Under the pieces are notes generated by a model. It searched no databases. It was not told the origin of the DNA and saw nothing but the letters and a program-made list of their open reading frames with translations. From Thermoproteota archaeon (lineage in GTDB: Archaea > Korarchaeota > Korarchaeia > Korarchaeales > Korarchaeaceae), in the NCBI GenBank assembly GCA_026986575.1, contig JALSOH010000009.1, positions 96,001 through 160,000 on the forward strand: a DNA stretch of 64,000 bases. Reading direction: 5' to 3'. The first letter of the stretch is position 1. Each line of letters begins with the position of its first letter. Below are positions 37,715 to 47,568 of the stretch, in pieces. The translations under genes and the position numbers were made by a program.

Positions 37715-39517
37715 ATGCTGATCAGGAAGGATCACTTGAAGCTGCTCCTCCGACTCGGCGAGGATGGTAAGGAGGCCTTGGAATTCAGGGGAGAGAGGAG
37801 GGTAGATGAACTAGTCTTCTCGAGGAGGATAACTGAGCTGAAGGTTCTGGGACTCGTGGATATATCGGACGGGACCATAAACCTCACATCAGCCGGGAGG
37901 AAGCTGGTTGAGGCCCTGAGGAGAGCTGAGCTGGATGTGGAGTCCCTACCCGACGTCTGGGTCGATACCCCCATTTACAAGATGGTGGAACTGGCGGTTA
38001 GAACAGGTCGTATCCTCCCCAATTGGGAGGGCGCGCTGAGGGAGAGGGGGTTCTGGGAAGACGGGCCTACCGACTTGGCCAAGGAGCTCTTGGAGGTTAG
38101 GGGGCAGTCGAGACCCTCCTTGCTGCTAGCTACCGAACTATCGGACTTCATAGAGGTTATACCGCCGGGCCCGGAGGACTTAGGAGAGCTGATAAGGATA
38201 AGGGACGAGCTGGGCTTCGGAAAGTGGGTCGTGAACGCCCTTCAGGCGATGGATCTCCTCTACATATCCCCGCCTGATGAGTTCGGCGCCGTATACACGC
38301 TGACACCTGCAGGGAGGAAGGCCAGGGAGTCTATATGGCTGATCTCCGTAGTGACAACTCAGATAACCGTCGATCAGCGGACTGCGGAGCAGATAGAGAG
38401 AGGGGAGTCCACAGAGAGGCTGGTGGAGATGGGCCTTGCTGACAGCAGCGGAATAACCGAAGCTGGAAGGGGAATGCTGGCGGCTTACAGGGAAATGGGT
38501 GTAGTTAGGAGGCCCACGACACCGTTCTACTTCACAGTAGAGGAGATCAGGGTCCTCAAGGCTATAGAGGAGGCCGAGAGGAAGAGGGAGATGAACCCGG
38601 AGATACTACCCACTAAGGGGTGGATAGAGGATAAATCGGGCATAGCCGATGTGGGAGAAGCCCTAATCCTCTTGGAGTCGAAGGGACTCGTGGAGAGGAG
38701 GGAGATAGAGATGAAGGACACTTACTGGTTCACTGAACACGGGAGGCAGGCCTACAACCTAGTGAAGGAAAGCAGCGAGGACATCACGAGCGAATCGATG
38801 AAAGCCGTGACCTACCCCCTTGCTGGCGAGGTCCCAATGGCCGAGTGGGTCAGGCAGGCCAAGAGGCACGGTTTCGTGGACAAGGACCTCACCAAGAGGG
38901 GTAGGCTACTGGTTGAGCTGAGCAGCAGGGTGGTGAGGAGGCCCGTGCTCACAGCTTACGACGTAGCCATCCTGATGAAGATCCCCAAGGGGAAGTACGT
39001 GGGTAGGGAGGAACTTGTCAGCGCAGTGGACGAGTATCTAGGGGTGAAGGACGATGAGGAGGCCAGGAGAATAGTCAGGAAGGCTATATCAGAGGCCGAA
39101 TCCAAGGGACTCGTGATTATGCTCCAGAACAGGACCGTCGGCCTGACGCCCATAGGGGAGGTGATGAAGGACGTGGTCGCCTTCGGGAACACCCAGACCA
39201 TGAAGACCATGAAGTTCCCGGTCACCCCCACCGTTTACTGGGTCTTGAGGGTCATCTCGGAGAACATAGATGAGTTAAAGGAGGCATGGAGGAAGGGGAT
39301 CGATGTGGTGAACGTGGAGGCCAAGATCGTGTACAACCACCTGAAGAAGTACACGTCCGTTACCGACGAGGAGATAAAGAAGGCCTTCGTGATCCTCAGG
39401 AGGACGGGCCTCTTGGGAAAGATGGGTCCCACCTCAGCAGGAGAGCTCCTGTTAGAGGTCGGCAGAATGTTCGAAAGGCTCCCAGAGGAGGAGAAATGGG
39501 TAAGGGACATCGGCTAG
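37715..39517 (+). CDS. DUF505-family multi-winged-helix protein
   Basis: MLIRKDHL start, repeated LTxxG wing motifs (LTSAGR, LTPAGR, FTEHGR, LTKRGR, LTPIG), NPEILPT, RRPVLTAYD; GAGGTGA RBS. Confidence 0.75.
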   Translation: MLIRKDHLKLLLRLGEDGKEALEFRGERRVDELVFSRRITELKVLGLVDISDGTINLTSAGRKLVEALRRAELDVESLPDVWVDTPIYKMVELAVRTGRILPNWEGALRERGFWEDGPTDLAKELLEVRGQSRPSLLLATELSDFIEVIPPGPEDLGELIRIRDELGFGKWVVNALQAMDLLYISPPDEFGAVYTLTPAGRKARESIWLISVVTTQITVDQRTAEQIERGESTERLVEMGLADSSGITEAGRGMLAAYREMGVVRRPTTPFYFTVEEIRVLKAIEEAERKREMNPEILPTKGWIEDKSGIADVGEALILLESKGLVERREIEMKDTYWFTEHGRQAYNLVKESSEDITSESMKAVTYPLAGEVPMAEWVRQAKRHGFVDKDLTKRGRLLVELSSRVVRRPVLTAYDVAILMKIPKGKYVGREELVSAVDEYLGVKDDEEARRIVRKAISEAESKGLVIMLQNRTVGLTPIGEVMKDVVAFGNTQTMKTMKFPVTPTVYWVLRVISENIDELKEAWRKGIDVVNVEAKIVYNHLKKYTSVTDEEIKKAFVILRRTGLLGKMGPTSAGELLLEVGRMFERLPEEEKWVRDIG

Positions 39518-39554
39518 CTACTCCTGAGAAGACCGAATTCTATGAGATGCCCGC

Positions 39555-39572
39555 CCCTTTCTCCTTTTTTAT
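39555..39572 (+). terminator. Oligo-pyrimidine/T-tract archaeal terminator candidate
   Basis: CCCTTTTCTCCTTTTTAT about 40 nt after the DUF505 stop. Confidence 0.4.
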
Positions 39573-39704
39573 CTAGGAAAATGAGGTGAAGTCCTTGGGT
39601 TTAGAGGCTCGACCGAGAAGCCTATCTGTGTTGCAGCAGCGCCCAGACCTGCCCGTAATTAGCCTACCGAGAAAGATTATTTATCTCGGCATCCTAGTCA
39701 AATT

Positions 39705-40121
39705 GTGTCGAAGGTAGCGAACAGAATCGAGGAGATCGAGGAAGCACTGAGAGAGCTTGAAGAGCTCACCTCAATGGATCAAAGATCGTTCTTGAAGAGT
39801 AGGACGGCTAGGTTCTCGGCTAGATACTCCATAGTCCAAATTGTGGAGGCATCAGCTGACTTGGGCGTTCTCATACTGCAGATCGAGGGTGAAAGCGCTA
39901 GAAGCTATAGAGAGATCTTCAAGAAACTTGCTCTGCGTGGGATAATTTCAGTGAGTACTTTCGAGGTGATGGCCAGACTGGCATCCCTCAGGAACATGGT
40001 AGTTCACAGGTACTGGGAGGTGGACGATCTCAGGATATATAGGGAGGCTAGGTCAGGCGGATTGGAGGCTATTAGATCGTTTATAAGGGAGGTGAAGGCC
40101 TATCTATCTGAGAAGGGCTGA
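39705..40121 (+). CDS. HEPN (DUF86/HepT-like) ribonuclease toxin
   Basis: SYREIF...LRNMVVHRYWEVDD (Rx4HxY). Confidence 0.9.
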   Translation: MSKVANRIEEIEEALRELEELTSMDQRSFLKSRTARFSARYSIVQIVEASADLGVLILQIEGESARSYREIFKKLALRGIISVSTFEVMARLASLRNMVVHRYWEVDDLRIYREARSGGLEAIRSFIREVKAYLSEKG

Positions 40122-40551
40122 GGAAAGGAGGAAGTTCGAGTTCCACAGGCTGAGCGATGAGGAGAAGGCATCCATAGTTGAAAAGCTCAGAAAGGCGATT
40201 CTGAGTAGGAAGGAGGTCCTGCTTGCGGTAATTCACGGGGGATTCTTGGAGCTCAGACCTTTCAGGGACATAGATGTCGCCATATACACCGGATACTCAA
40301 TTCCCTATGAGGAGGAGCTGGATTTTTGCGAGCAGCTGAGTCTCGAGCTGACCGATATTGCTGGGATCTACGTTGATGTGAGGATGCTGGATTACTCCCC
40401 GCCGCGTTTCAGGGTCAGCGCCCTCTCCAACTGCGTGGTGCTGGTGGAGAGGTACCCGAGGGCATTCCTCCTCAGGGCATCCATCCAGGAGTTGGATGAC
40501 ATCGAGAAGAAGGTTTCCTTGGTGAGGGGATGGATCAGAGGTCGAGGTTAG
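40108..40551 (+). CDS. Minimal nucleotidyltransferase (MNT) antitoxin
   Basis: Frame open from 40096: ...EVLLAVIHGGFLELRPFRDIDVAIY...VDVRML. No ATG/GTG/TTG before the motif, so CTG 40108 is the likely start. Confidence 0.75.
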   Translation: MRRAEERRKFEFHRLSDEEKASIVEKLRKAILSRKEVLLAVIHGGFLELRPFRDIDVAIYTGYSIPYEEELDFCEQLSLELTDIAGIYVDVRMLDYSPPRFRVSALSNCVVLVERYPRAFLLRASIQELDDIEKKVSLVRGWIRGRG

Positions 40552-40593
40552 TCGTTATCCGATCTTGGGTCGCCCTAACGGGCGTGCTGCCCT

Positions 40594-41004
40594 CTATCGA
40601 GTAGGAACCACCTCCACACCGAGCTTCCTCGCCCTAGATCCCATTCTCTTATCGAAGGTGGCGAGCAAGATTCCCTCCTCCCCTGCTATCCTGACGATGA
40701 CCTCGTCATTGAATCGGTTGAGTGAGATACCCTCCTCGGCTAGGGATCCTAGGGCTTTCCTTATGAGGCGCTCTTCTTCCTTGTAGGTCCTGCTCTTCTC
40801 AGACGAGATGTAGTCCTCCAGTTTATCCAGCGCCGTCGATGGACTGACTCCCATCCCCTTGAGGAACCAGATGTATTCATAAATGACTATCAGGGGAATA
40901 ACCCACTCCTCCAATTGATCTAGTAGTTGGGAAGCATCTCTATGGTGTATTGAATCCTCATACGTATCGTAGATCAGGACGTTGGTATCGATCACGGCCC
41001 TCAA
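40594..41004 (-). CDS. vapC: PIN-domain toxin VapC
   Basis: AVIDTNVLIY...IYEY...FNDEVI...LATFDK. Confidence 0.9.
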   Translation of the reverse strand: MRAVIDTNVLIYDTYEDSIHHRDASQLLDQLEEWVIPLIVIYEYIWFLKGMGVSPSTALDKLEDYISSEKSRTYKEEERLIRKALGSLAEEGISLNRFNDEVIVRIAGEEGILLATFDKRMGSRARKLGVEVVPTR

Positions 41005-41231
41005 AAGGTTTCCCTCCTTCCCCTCTCTATCACCTCATCGATCTCCTCGATGGTAAGCTTCCTCCCCGATCTAAGGGTCTTTCTGACTCTCTTAACCTTC
41101 TTCATTACTATATGACCTTCCTCACTTACGTAAACTTCCAAGTAATCGCCTTCCCTTATGCCCAGCTCGTTCCTCACCTCGGCTGGAATGGTGACCTGGT
41201 AGTTCCTAGTGACCTTCACCCTCGGCATCAT
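41001..41231 (-). CDS. vapB: AbrB/MazE-family antitoxin
   Basis: VKVTRNYQVTIPAEVRNELGIREGD. Confidence 0.9.
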   Translation of the reverse strand: MMPRVKVTRNYQVTIPAEVRNELGIREGDYLEVYVSEEGHIVMKKVKRVRKTLRSGRKLTIEEIDEVIERGRRETF

Positions 41232-41368
41232 AGTATCATATTCTACTAATATAAAAGGACATCTAGTAATTAGCGATCGACCGCGCGACGTTTTCCCCGT
41301 TCTGAATCGGGTATGTTCCGACTTGGCTTGGTCGCGCATCCTCTTTAAGGACGTGGTGCCTGACTTCG

Positions 41369-41737
41369 ATGATGGAACTGGAACTAGTGCTGGAGAGACT
41401 AAAGTCCCATGAGAAGGTACTGGCAGTCATACTCTTCGGTTCCACCGTCAGGGGAGAGACCACACCCCTCTCGGATGTTGATATTGCCGTGGTCGTGGAG
41501 GATCCAACCCCGGAGGACGAGGCGGAGCTGGGAAGCCTATACTCTAGGAGGATAGACTTGGTTCTGTTTCACAGGCTCCCCCCTTACATCCAGTTCCAAG
41601 TATTGAAGGAGGGGAAGGTCCTCTACCTGAGAGACAAGGAGAAGTTCAAAGAGATAAAATTCAGGACCATCAGGAACTACCTCGAGCATTCCCGCATGTA
41701 CAGAAGGGTGAGGGAGATGCTCCTTGAGGTCGAATAG
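41369..41737 (+). CDS. Minimal nucleotidyltransferase (MntA-like) antitoxin
   Basis: ILFGSTVRGETTPLSDVDIAV...IDLV...EGKVLY. Confidence 0.9.
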   Translation: MMELELVLERLKSHEKVLAVILFGSTVRGETTPLSDVDIAVVVEDPTPEDEAELGSLYSRRIDLVLFHRLPPYIQFQVLKEGKVLYLRDKEKFKEIKFRTIRNYLEHSRMYRRVREMLLEVE

Positions 41738-42113
41738 CTTGGCTAGATTCATGAGTCACTACAGAAAGGCGAGAGAGTTAAAGGAGAGCGATCTCTCAAA
41801 TTACTTGGTCTACACGGCCCTAGCCATGGAGTGCTTCCAGGCAGTGAACTCCCTCATAGAGATTGGCGAGAGATACGTGGTGGATCTGGGCAGGTACCCC
41901 GCTACCTACTCCGACATATTCCAGATAATGTACGAAGAGGGAGCGATAACTATGGAGGAGCTGAGGGCTCTCAAGAGGCTGATCTTCCTCAGGAACTTGA
42001 TAGCTCACGAGTATTACAGAATAACTGGGGAAGAGCTGAAAGAGATGGCCGACCTGCTGGATATGGCTGAAAGGGTCGTGAGGAGATTAATGAAACATTC
42101 GCATCCTAGTTGA
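41724..42113 (+). CDS. HEPN (DUF86/HepT-like) toxin
   Basis: PATYSDIF...LRNLIAHEY. Confidence 0.9.
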   Translation: MRSNSLARFMSHYRKARELKESDLSNYLVYTALAMECFQAVNSLIEIGERYVVDLGRYPATYSDIFQIMYEEGAITMEELRALKRLIFLRNLIAHEYYRITGEELKEMADLLDMAERVVRRLMKHSHPS

Positions 42114-42207
42114 GGCGTAAATCCCTCCTCGCTCATTTAGATCGCGAAAGGCAGCTACTCCGATGAGTAAAAGCACCTACAGCCTGCACTATCAATAATA
42201 TGCTCTC

Positions 42208-42984
42208 CTAGACCAGCACGAGCTTAGATCCCCTATAACCTGCGAGGTCTAGGGTGACTGCGTGGAAACCCATAGATGAGGCCATCTCCAAGATCTCATC
42301 CCGAATCTCCAGAATCCTGTACATGTCGGGGGGAGGGACCTCTATCCTCACCTCACTCCCCTGGACGCGGGCCCTCACCATCGAGACGCCCGTTCGGAGG
42401 ATTAAGTCCTCCAAGTTTTCGATCTTCTTCAATAGATCGAGACTAACCTTTCTTCCCGGCGGCATTCTGGTTAGCAAGCAGGTTTCGGCCAAGTAGGGGA
42501 GATCAAGGTCCCTCAGCAGTGAGAATACCTCTCCTTCCGTAATTCCTGCCTCTACAAGCGGACTCCTGATCCCCAACTCTTTCAGAGCCCTTAAGCCTGG
42601 CCTGTCCTCCCTCAAATCGCTGACATTGGTCCCATCTAGCACCGCGTCGCACCCTTCCCGCTCAGCCACATCCAAGATCAGGGACATCATCCTCAACTTG
42701 CAGAAGTAGCATCTGAGGGGGCCATTCCTCGATATTTCATCCTCTTTCATTACCTCCTTATCCCTGATGATGATGTGATCCACTCCAAGGAGTCTGGCCA
42801 CCCCTTCGCTGGCAGCGATGACCCTCCTAGGTATGTAGGGGAAGTCGACTGTCACGGCCTTTACCTTATCCACGCCAGCTTGTTCGAGCGCCCAGAGTAG
42901 GAACGTGCTGTCCCTACCTCCAGAGAATGCTATAGCTGGGCACCTGTAGCCCTTCAAGGCACGAATCAACTTCTCGAGGCTCAC
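42208..42984 (-). CDS. larE: ATP-dependent sulfur transferase LarE
   Basis: PP-loop AFSGGRDS, RCYFCK, LDGTNVSD...RPGLRA...SPL, TCLLTR, VRARV, VTLDLAGYRG. Confidence 0.85.
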   Translation of the reverse strand: MSLEKLIRALKGYRCPAIAFSGGRDSTFLLWALEQAGVDKVKAVTVDFPYIPRRVIAASEGVARLLGVDHIIIRDKEVMKEDEISRNGPLRCYFCKLRMMSLILDVAEREGCDAVLDGTNVSDLREDRPGLRALKELGIRSPLVEAGITEGEVFSLLRDLDLPYLAETCLLTRMPPGRKVSLDLLKKIENLEDLILRTGVSMVRARVQGSEVRIEVPPPDMYRILEIRDEILEMASSMGFHAVTLDLAGYRGSKLVLV

Positions 42985-43109
42985 TGGGCTTGAAACCGAT
43001 TGAACTTAAAAGCGGTTAGCTCGTTTAGCGTAACAGAAGCGGCAACTATGGGGATGGGAAATTAGATATAAGGTGGAGGAGCTTAGAGAATTAATGCGTG
43101 GATTCGAAT

Positions 43110-44159
43110 TCATTTCCTCCTTCCTTTTATCCCCCTTATCTCCTCCAGCAGCTGTATTAGCGCAGGAACGACCTCCCTGTAATCTCCTACTATACCGTAA
43201 TCCGCATGCTCGAATATGGGAGCATCGGGGTCTATGTTTATGGCCACGACTCTCTTCGCCTCCCTTATCCCGAACACATGCTGAGCTGCTCCGCTTATAG
43301 CGACTGCTATATATAGGTTCGGTTTAACTGCTTTCCCCGTCTGTCCCACCTGCTTGTCGTGGTCTATCCATCCAGCGTCAACGGCCTTCCTAGAGCCAGC
43401 TATAACGCCGCCGAGGAGATCAGCCAGCCTCTTCAATAACTCAAATCCCTCCTTGGAACCGACCCCCTTACCCCCAGCAACTATGATGTCGGCCTTCTCG
43501 ATGGGGATCTCCTCCTTCTTCAGGATGGGCTCCCTGCTCAGCAGTCTGATTCCCCTTGGTTGGGGTACCTCAACCTTCTCCTCGTATATCTCACCATGCC
43601 TGCTCTCGTCCCTCTCTGGGGTGGGGAATATATTGGGCCTCACCGATCCCATCACTGGCCTCCTGCTCCTAGTGACTATATGGGCGAGCATGAAACCGCC
43701 GAAGGGCGGCCTTATCAGCACCACGTCACCATTCTCATCGACATCCATGGAAGTCAGGTCCGCCGTTATTCCCGTCCTGAAAGAGTTCGCCACATACGGC
43801 GCTAGCTCCCTGCCCCTCAGCGTTGCCGGGATAAGGAACACCTCTGGCTTGTACTTCGAGGCCAGCTCGAATAGCACTTTCCCCCACACGGTCGGGTAGT
43901 ATGTAGAAAGCCTCTCGTCATCCACGACGTAAACCCTGTCCGCCCCGTAGTAGATGGGTTCCTCAGCCAGTCCTCTCACCCCACTACCTATCAGGGCCAC
44001 GCCCACATAGGTGTTCAGCTTGTCCGCTAGCTCTCTGGCAGCACCAATCAGCTGCAGGCTAGCTTCCTCTATCTCCTTCCTCTCGTTGTCTGAGAAGGCT
44101 GCTACCCAAACGCCCTCGTACTCCTCTAGGTTTATCTCGGGCCACTCCTTGCAGACCAT
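43110..44159 (-). CDS. fixB: Electron transfer flavoprotein alpha subunit (FixB/EtfA)
   Basis: IVAGGKG, GSRKAVDAGW, QVGQTGK, ISGAAQH, AINIDPDAPIF. Confidence 0.95.
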   Translation of the reverse strand: MVCKEWPEINLEEYEGVWVAAFSDNERKEIEEASLQLIGAARELADKLNTYVGVALIGSGVRGLAEEPIYYGADRVYVVDDERLSTYYPTVWGKVLFELASKYKPEVFLIPATLRGRELAPYVANSFRTGITADLTSMDVDENGDVVLIRPPFGGFMLAHIVTRSRRPVMGSVRPNIFPTPERDESRHGEIYEEKVEVPQPRGIRLLSREPILKKEEIPIEKADIIVAGGKGVGSKEGFELLKRLADLLGGVIAGSRKAVDAGWIDHDKQVGQTGKAVKPNLYIAVAISGAAQHVFGIREAKRVVAINIDPDAPIFEHADYGIVGDYREVVPALIQLLEEIRGIKGRRK

Positions 44160-44163
44160 CTCA

Positions 44164-44967
44164 TCACCCCAGCTCCAGCAGCCCCTCCCCTCTCAGCTTC
44201 TCCAGCAACCACTTCGCGGCCTCTCTTGCATCTCCCCTGAAGATCTCGTTCTTCCTTGGAACCTTAGGGACCATCTCAATCTTAGACAGTGCCGTTGGGG
44301 ATCCTCTCAGCCCGATGCACTCGGGATCGAGGCCGAGCAGCTTGTTGCTCCACGTTTTCACGGGATTCTCGAGCTTCACCCTTAGCTTATTGGACACTTT
44401 CACCCTCCTCGGATTCAGGGAATGCATGGCGACGGATATTAGGGCTGGTAGGTCCAGCTCATAGGTCTCATGGGCGTTCTCTAGGCTCCTCCTTACCACG
44501 AGCTTCCCGCCCCTGAGCTCGGCGTGGGTCACGTAGTAGACATAGGGGAGGTCCAGCCACGATGCGACCTGAGCCCCGACGTGGGCAGTCGAGGAGTCTA
44601 TGGTCTCCTGACCGAAGATTATCAGGTCGTAGTCCAGCCTATCTATCACCTTAGCAAGTACGTAGGAGGTAGCCAAGGTGTCGGCGCCAGCGAAGGCCCG
44701 ATCCGACACGAGGATCGCCTTGTCGGCCCCCATCCCCAGAACATGCTCAAGTCCAGCGATGGCGGAGGGAGGGGACATGGTAATCACGGTCACCTTCCCG
44801 CCGTACTCGTCCTTCAGGCGGAGAGCCATCTCAACGGCCTCGAGATCGTGGGGATTCACCACGCTCGGTATGCCCTCCCTTATGAGAGTGCCTGTTTTGG
44901 GGTCTATGTTTACAGATGTGGTGTTTGGAACCCACTTTATGCCCACAACCATCTTCAGCATGCCCAT
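44164..44967 (-). CDS. fixA: Electron transfer flavoprotein beta subunit (FixA/EtfB)
   Basis: GTLIREG...NPHDLEAVE, DRAFAGADTLATS, GQETIDSSTAHVG, GLRGSPT. Confidence 0.95.
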   Translation of the reverse strand: MGMLKMVVGIKWVPNTTSVNIDPKTGTLIREGIPSVVNPHDLEAVEMALRLKDEYGGKVTVITMSPPSAIAGLEHVLGMGADKAILVSDRAFAGADTLATSYVLAKVIDRLDYDLIIFGQETIDSSTAHVGAQVASWLDLPYVYYVTHAELRGGKLVVRRSLENAHETYELDLPALISVAMHSLNPRRVKVSNKLRVKLENPVKTWSNKLLGLDPECIGLRGSPTALSKIEMVPKVPRKNEIFRGDAREAAKWLLEKLRGEGLLELG

Positions 44968-44979
44968 CACCTCCTCAAC

Positions 44980-45264
44980 TCAACTGAACCTGAAGTGGAT
45001 CCCCCTCCCGCTGACCGGGTAGTCCCAGTGGACCGCGTCGTGAGGGCAGATCAGCCTGCATGTTCCACATTCGAGGCAACCCTCGTAGCTGAAAAGCACC
45101 TCATTCCCGACTAGTGTGTAGCACTGGGCCGGGCAGAGAAGGAGACAAGGCTTCTCATCGCATTCTCTGCACTTGGTCGCGTCCACCCTTATGTGAGGCT
45201 CGTAGTCCACATCCCACACGTCGTTGTTCAGGATGTCGTCGACCCTCATGGGCTTCCTCATCAT
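44980..45264 (-). CDS. fixX: FixX ferredoxin-like protein
   Basis: CRECDEKPC...CPAQCY, CLECGTCRLICP, WDYP..GRG. Confidence 0.9.
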   Translation of the reverse strand: MMRKPMRVDDILNNDVWDVDYEPHIRVDATKCRECDEKPCLLLCPAQCYTLVGNEVLFSYEGCLECGTCRLICPHDAVHWDYPVSGRGIHFRFS

Positions 45265-46559
45265 ATGCTCCTCACCATCCCCAGCAGATCCCTTATCAGA
45301 TCAAGCCAGCCTATCCTTCCTTTTCTAGCCCTCTTGAATGCCTCCATTATCTTGGGAACTTCGTAGGGTGAGTGGAAGAGCTGGTCCATAACCGAGTTCA
45401 ATACCTCGGGGTAGGTGGAGTAGAGCCTGCCGTTTTCCCTCATTTTAGAGGCGTTTCTGAACTTCCTCAGCTGCTTCATGATGAAGCTTTCCTCCAGCAA
45501 CCTCTCATACACGGACAGGTTCTCTGAGGTCATGCCTCCCATCTCATGGGCCTTCTCCACGGCTTTCGCTGCTAGATAACCCGAGTAGGCCGCGTAGTCC
45601 ACGCCCCTGAAGTTGTACCCCAAATTTAAGAGCAGACCAGCCGCATCTCCTGCAACGAGGAGGCCATCGGCGTAGAGCCTGTGGGGGAGGGAGGGCCAAG
45701 TGTATTCGGGCACGAGGTGAGCCGAGTATTCCATTATCCTGCCGTTCCGGAAGTACCTCTCGAGGAGGGGGTGTAACCTCAAAGCCTCCACGTAGCGGGA
45801 GATGTGCTCCCTCACCCCCTTAACCGCCTCGCCAAGCATGACCACGAGGCCCAAGCTGACGGAGTCCCTGTTCGTGTATAGGAAGGCCCCTCCTGGCAGC
45901 CCCCCAGTGACCTCACCCATCATGAGCCATGCCAACCCTTCACCCTCCTCAAGACCGAACAGATCCTCTATTTCCTTCTTCGAGAGCTTTATCACCTCCT
46001 TGACTCCCAAGCCAGCATGCCTCAGCTCGAGCTTGGGAACCAGCCCTGCCCTTTCCAGCAGGAGCCTGTTTATCCCCTCCGCATCTATCACCACTTCGCT
46101 GGAGACCTTCTCATCACCCACCCTTATGCCCGTCACTCTCCCATTCTCCACCACCAGCTCGTCCACAGTTATCTCCGTGAGCACCGTTCCACCAGCCTCC
46201 TCCACCCTCTTGGCCATCCAGCAGGACAGCTCGGTCAGGTAGGTGGTGAAGGATGTCTTCTTTCTCGTGTGGAATTCGAAGGAGGTCATCGCCTCACCGC
46301 TGACCATCGATATCCTCTCCTTGGTCACCCATCTGTGGATCGGAGCCGAATCATCGAATCCGTCGAACACATCTCTGAGCGGATCAGCGTAGACCCTACC
46401 ACCGAAAACGTTCTTGGTGCCCGGCATCCTGCCTCTTTCCACTAGTAGGACCTTAAATCCCTTCTTAGCTAGGGTATATGCAGCAGCTGAGCCCGCTGGC
46501 CCTGCTCCTACGACTATAACGTCGAATTTGTAACCAACCTCTTTCAAGCTTGAAAACAC
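45261..46559 (-). CDS. fixC: FixC/EtfC FAD-dependent ETF:quinone oxidoreductase
   Basis: VVGAGPAG, ERG..PGTKNVFGG, LGVKEVI, GGAFLYTN, EYSAHLVPE, AGDAAG. Confidence 0.9.
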   Translation of the reverse strand: MFSSLKEVGYKFDVIVVGAGPAGSAAAYTLAKKGFKVLLVERGRMPGTKNVFGGRVYADPLRDVFDGFDDSAPIHRWVTKERISMVSGEAMTSFEFHTRKKTSFTTYLTELSCWMAKRVEEAGGTVLTEITVDELVVENGRVTGIRVGDEKVSSEVVIDAEGINRLLLERAGLVPKLELRHAGLGVKEVIKLSKKEIEDLFGLEEGEGLAWLMMGEVTGGLPGGAFLYTNRDSVSLGLVVMLGEAVKGVREHISRYVEALRLHPLLERYFRNGRIMEYSAHLVPEYTWPSLPHRLYADGLLVAGDAAGLLLNLGYNFRGVDYAAYSGYLAAKAVEKAHEMGGMTSENLSVYERLLEESFIMKQLRKFRNASKMRENGRLYSTYPEVLNSVMDQLFHSPYEVPKIMEAFKRARKGRIGWLDLIRDLLGMVRSI

Positions 46560-46805
46560 CCTCCAGGTGCCTTTTCAATCTATCGAAATCTAATAAACTT
46601 TTGTGGGGCTGAATGGGACCCCTGAGCCCCATTCAATTTGAGATAGGGCATTTTCAAACCGAATCAATGAGCCAAGAATATTGAACATCTCGAGGCAGGA
46701 AGGGGCAGGAGGGGTACGATACGCTAACTTAGGGATCCCCCCTCACATCTCAGGCGAGGAGCTAACATACCTGAAGTTTAAATCGGATGGGGGGACCTCT
46801 TCTGG

Positions 46806-47564
46806 ATGCAACTTCGCACAATCCTCGAGAGACTCGTTCGTGGTGAGATAGGCGTAGAGGAGGCGGAGAAGCTCATCCGGTCTTGGGAGGTAAGGCAACT
46901 CGGGGAGACCCTGAAACTTGACCTGGGGAGAGAGATGAGGAAGGGGTTACCTGAGGTGATCTTGGCCCAATGGAAGGGAGGGGAGGATCTCAGGAAGGCG
47001 ATAGTCGGAGCGCTGGAGGCGAGGGGTAGGGCCCTAATATCTAGGATATCCGAGGAGCATATTCCGATAATAGAGGAGTTCGAGCGGGAATACCATGTTA
47101 GGAAGAGCCCCAACTCGAGGGTCTACGTAATCAGGAGACGGGATCTCCCGGCACCTCCGCTTAAGGGGAAGGTGGGTATAATAGCGGCGGGCACGTCAGA
47201 TGTTCCCATTGCCGAGGAGGTCAGGTTGCTGGTGGAGGAGGCCGGATGCTCCACGGTGAGGGCGTACGACGCGGGGGTGGCGAACCTCAAGAGGACCTTG
47301 GAAGCGGTTACCGATGTGATGGAGGGGGGAGCTGACGTCATTGTCGCCATAGCCGGAATGGAGGGCTCACTCCCCTCGGTCGTGGCCTCCTTAGTGGATA
47401 TCTTGGTGATCGGGCTGCCCACCTCGGTCGGGTACGGGATGGGGGGCGGAGGAGAAGCGGCTCTGCTCTCTATGCTCCAGTCCTGCGCGCCCGGGCTGGT
47501 GGTGGTTAACATAGACAACAGCGTCGCGGCGGCCTACGCAGCCGTTTCCGTGTGCGGGAGGTGA
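46806..47564 (+). CDS. larB: NPN cofactor carboxylase/hydrolase LarB
   Basis: REMRKGLPEVI, AAGTSDVPIAEE, DAGVA, AGMEGSLPSVV, PTSVGYG, MLQSCAPG, VNIDN. Confidence 0.95.
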   Translation: MQLRTILERLVRGEIGVEEAEKLIRSWEVRQLGETLKLDLGREMRKGLPEVILAQWKGGEDLRKAIVGALEARGRALISRISEEHIPIIEEFEREYHVRKSPNSRVYVIRRRDLPAPPLKGKVGIIAAGTSDVPIAEEVRLLVEEAGCSTVRAYDAGVANLKRTLEAVTDVMEGGADVIVAIAGMEGSLPSVVASLVDILVIGLPTSVGYGMGGGGEAALLSMLQSCAPGLVVVNIDNSVAAAYAAVSVCGR

Positions 47565-47568
47565 TGAT

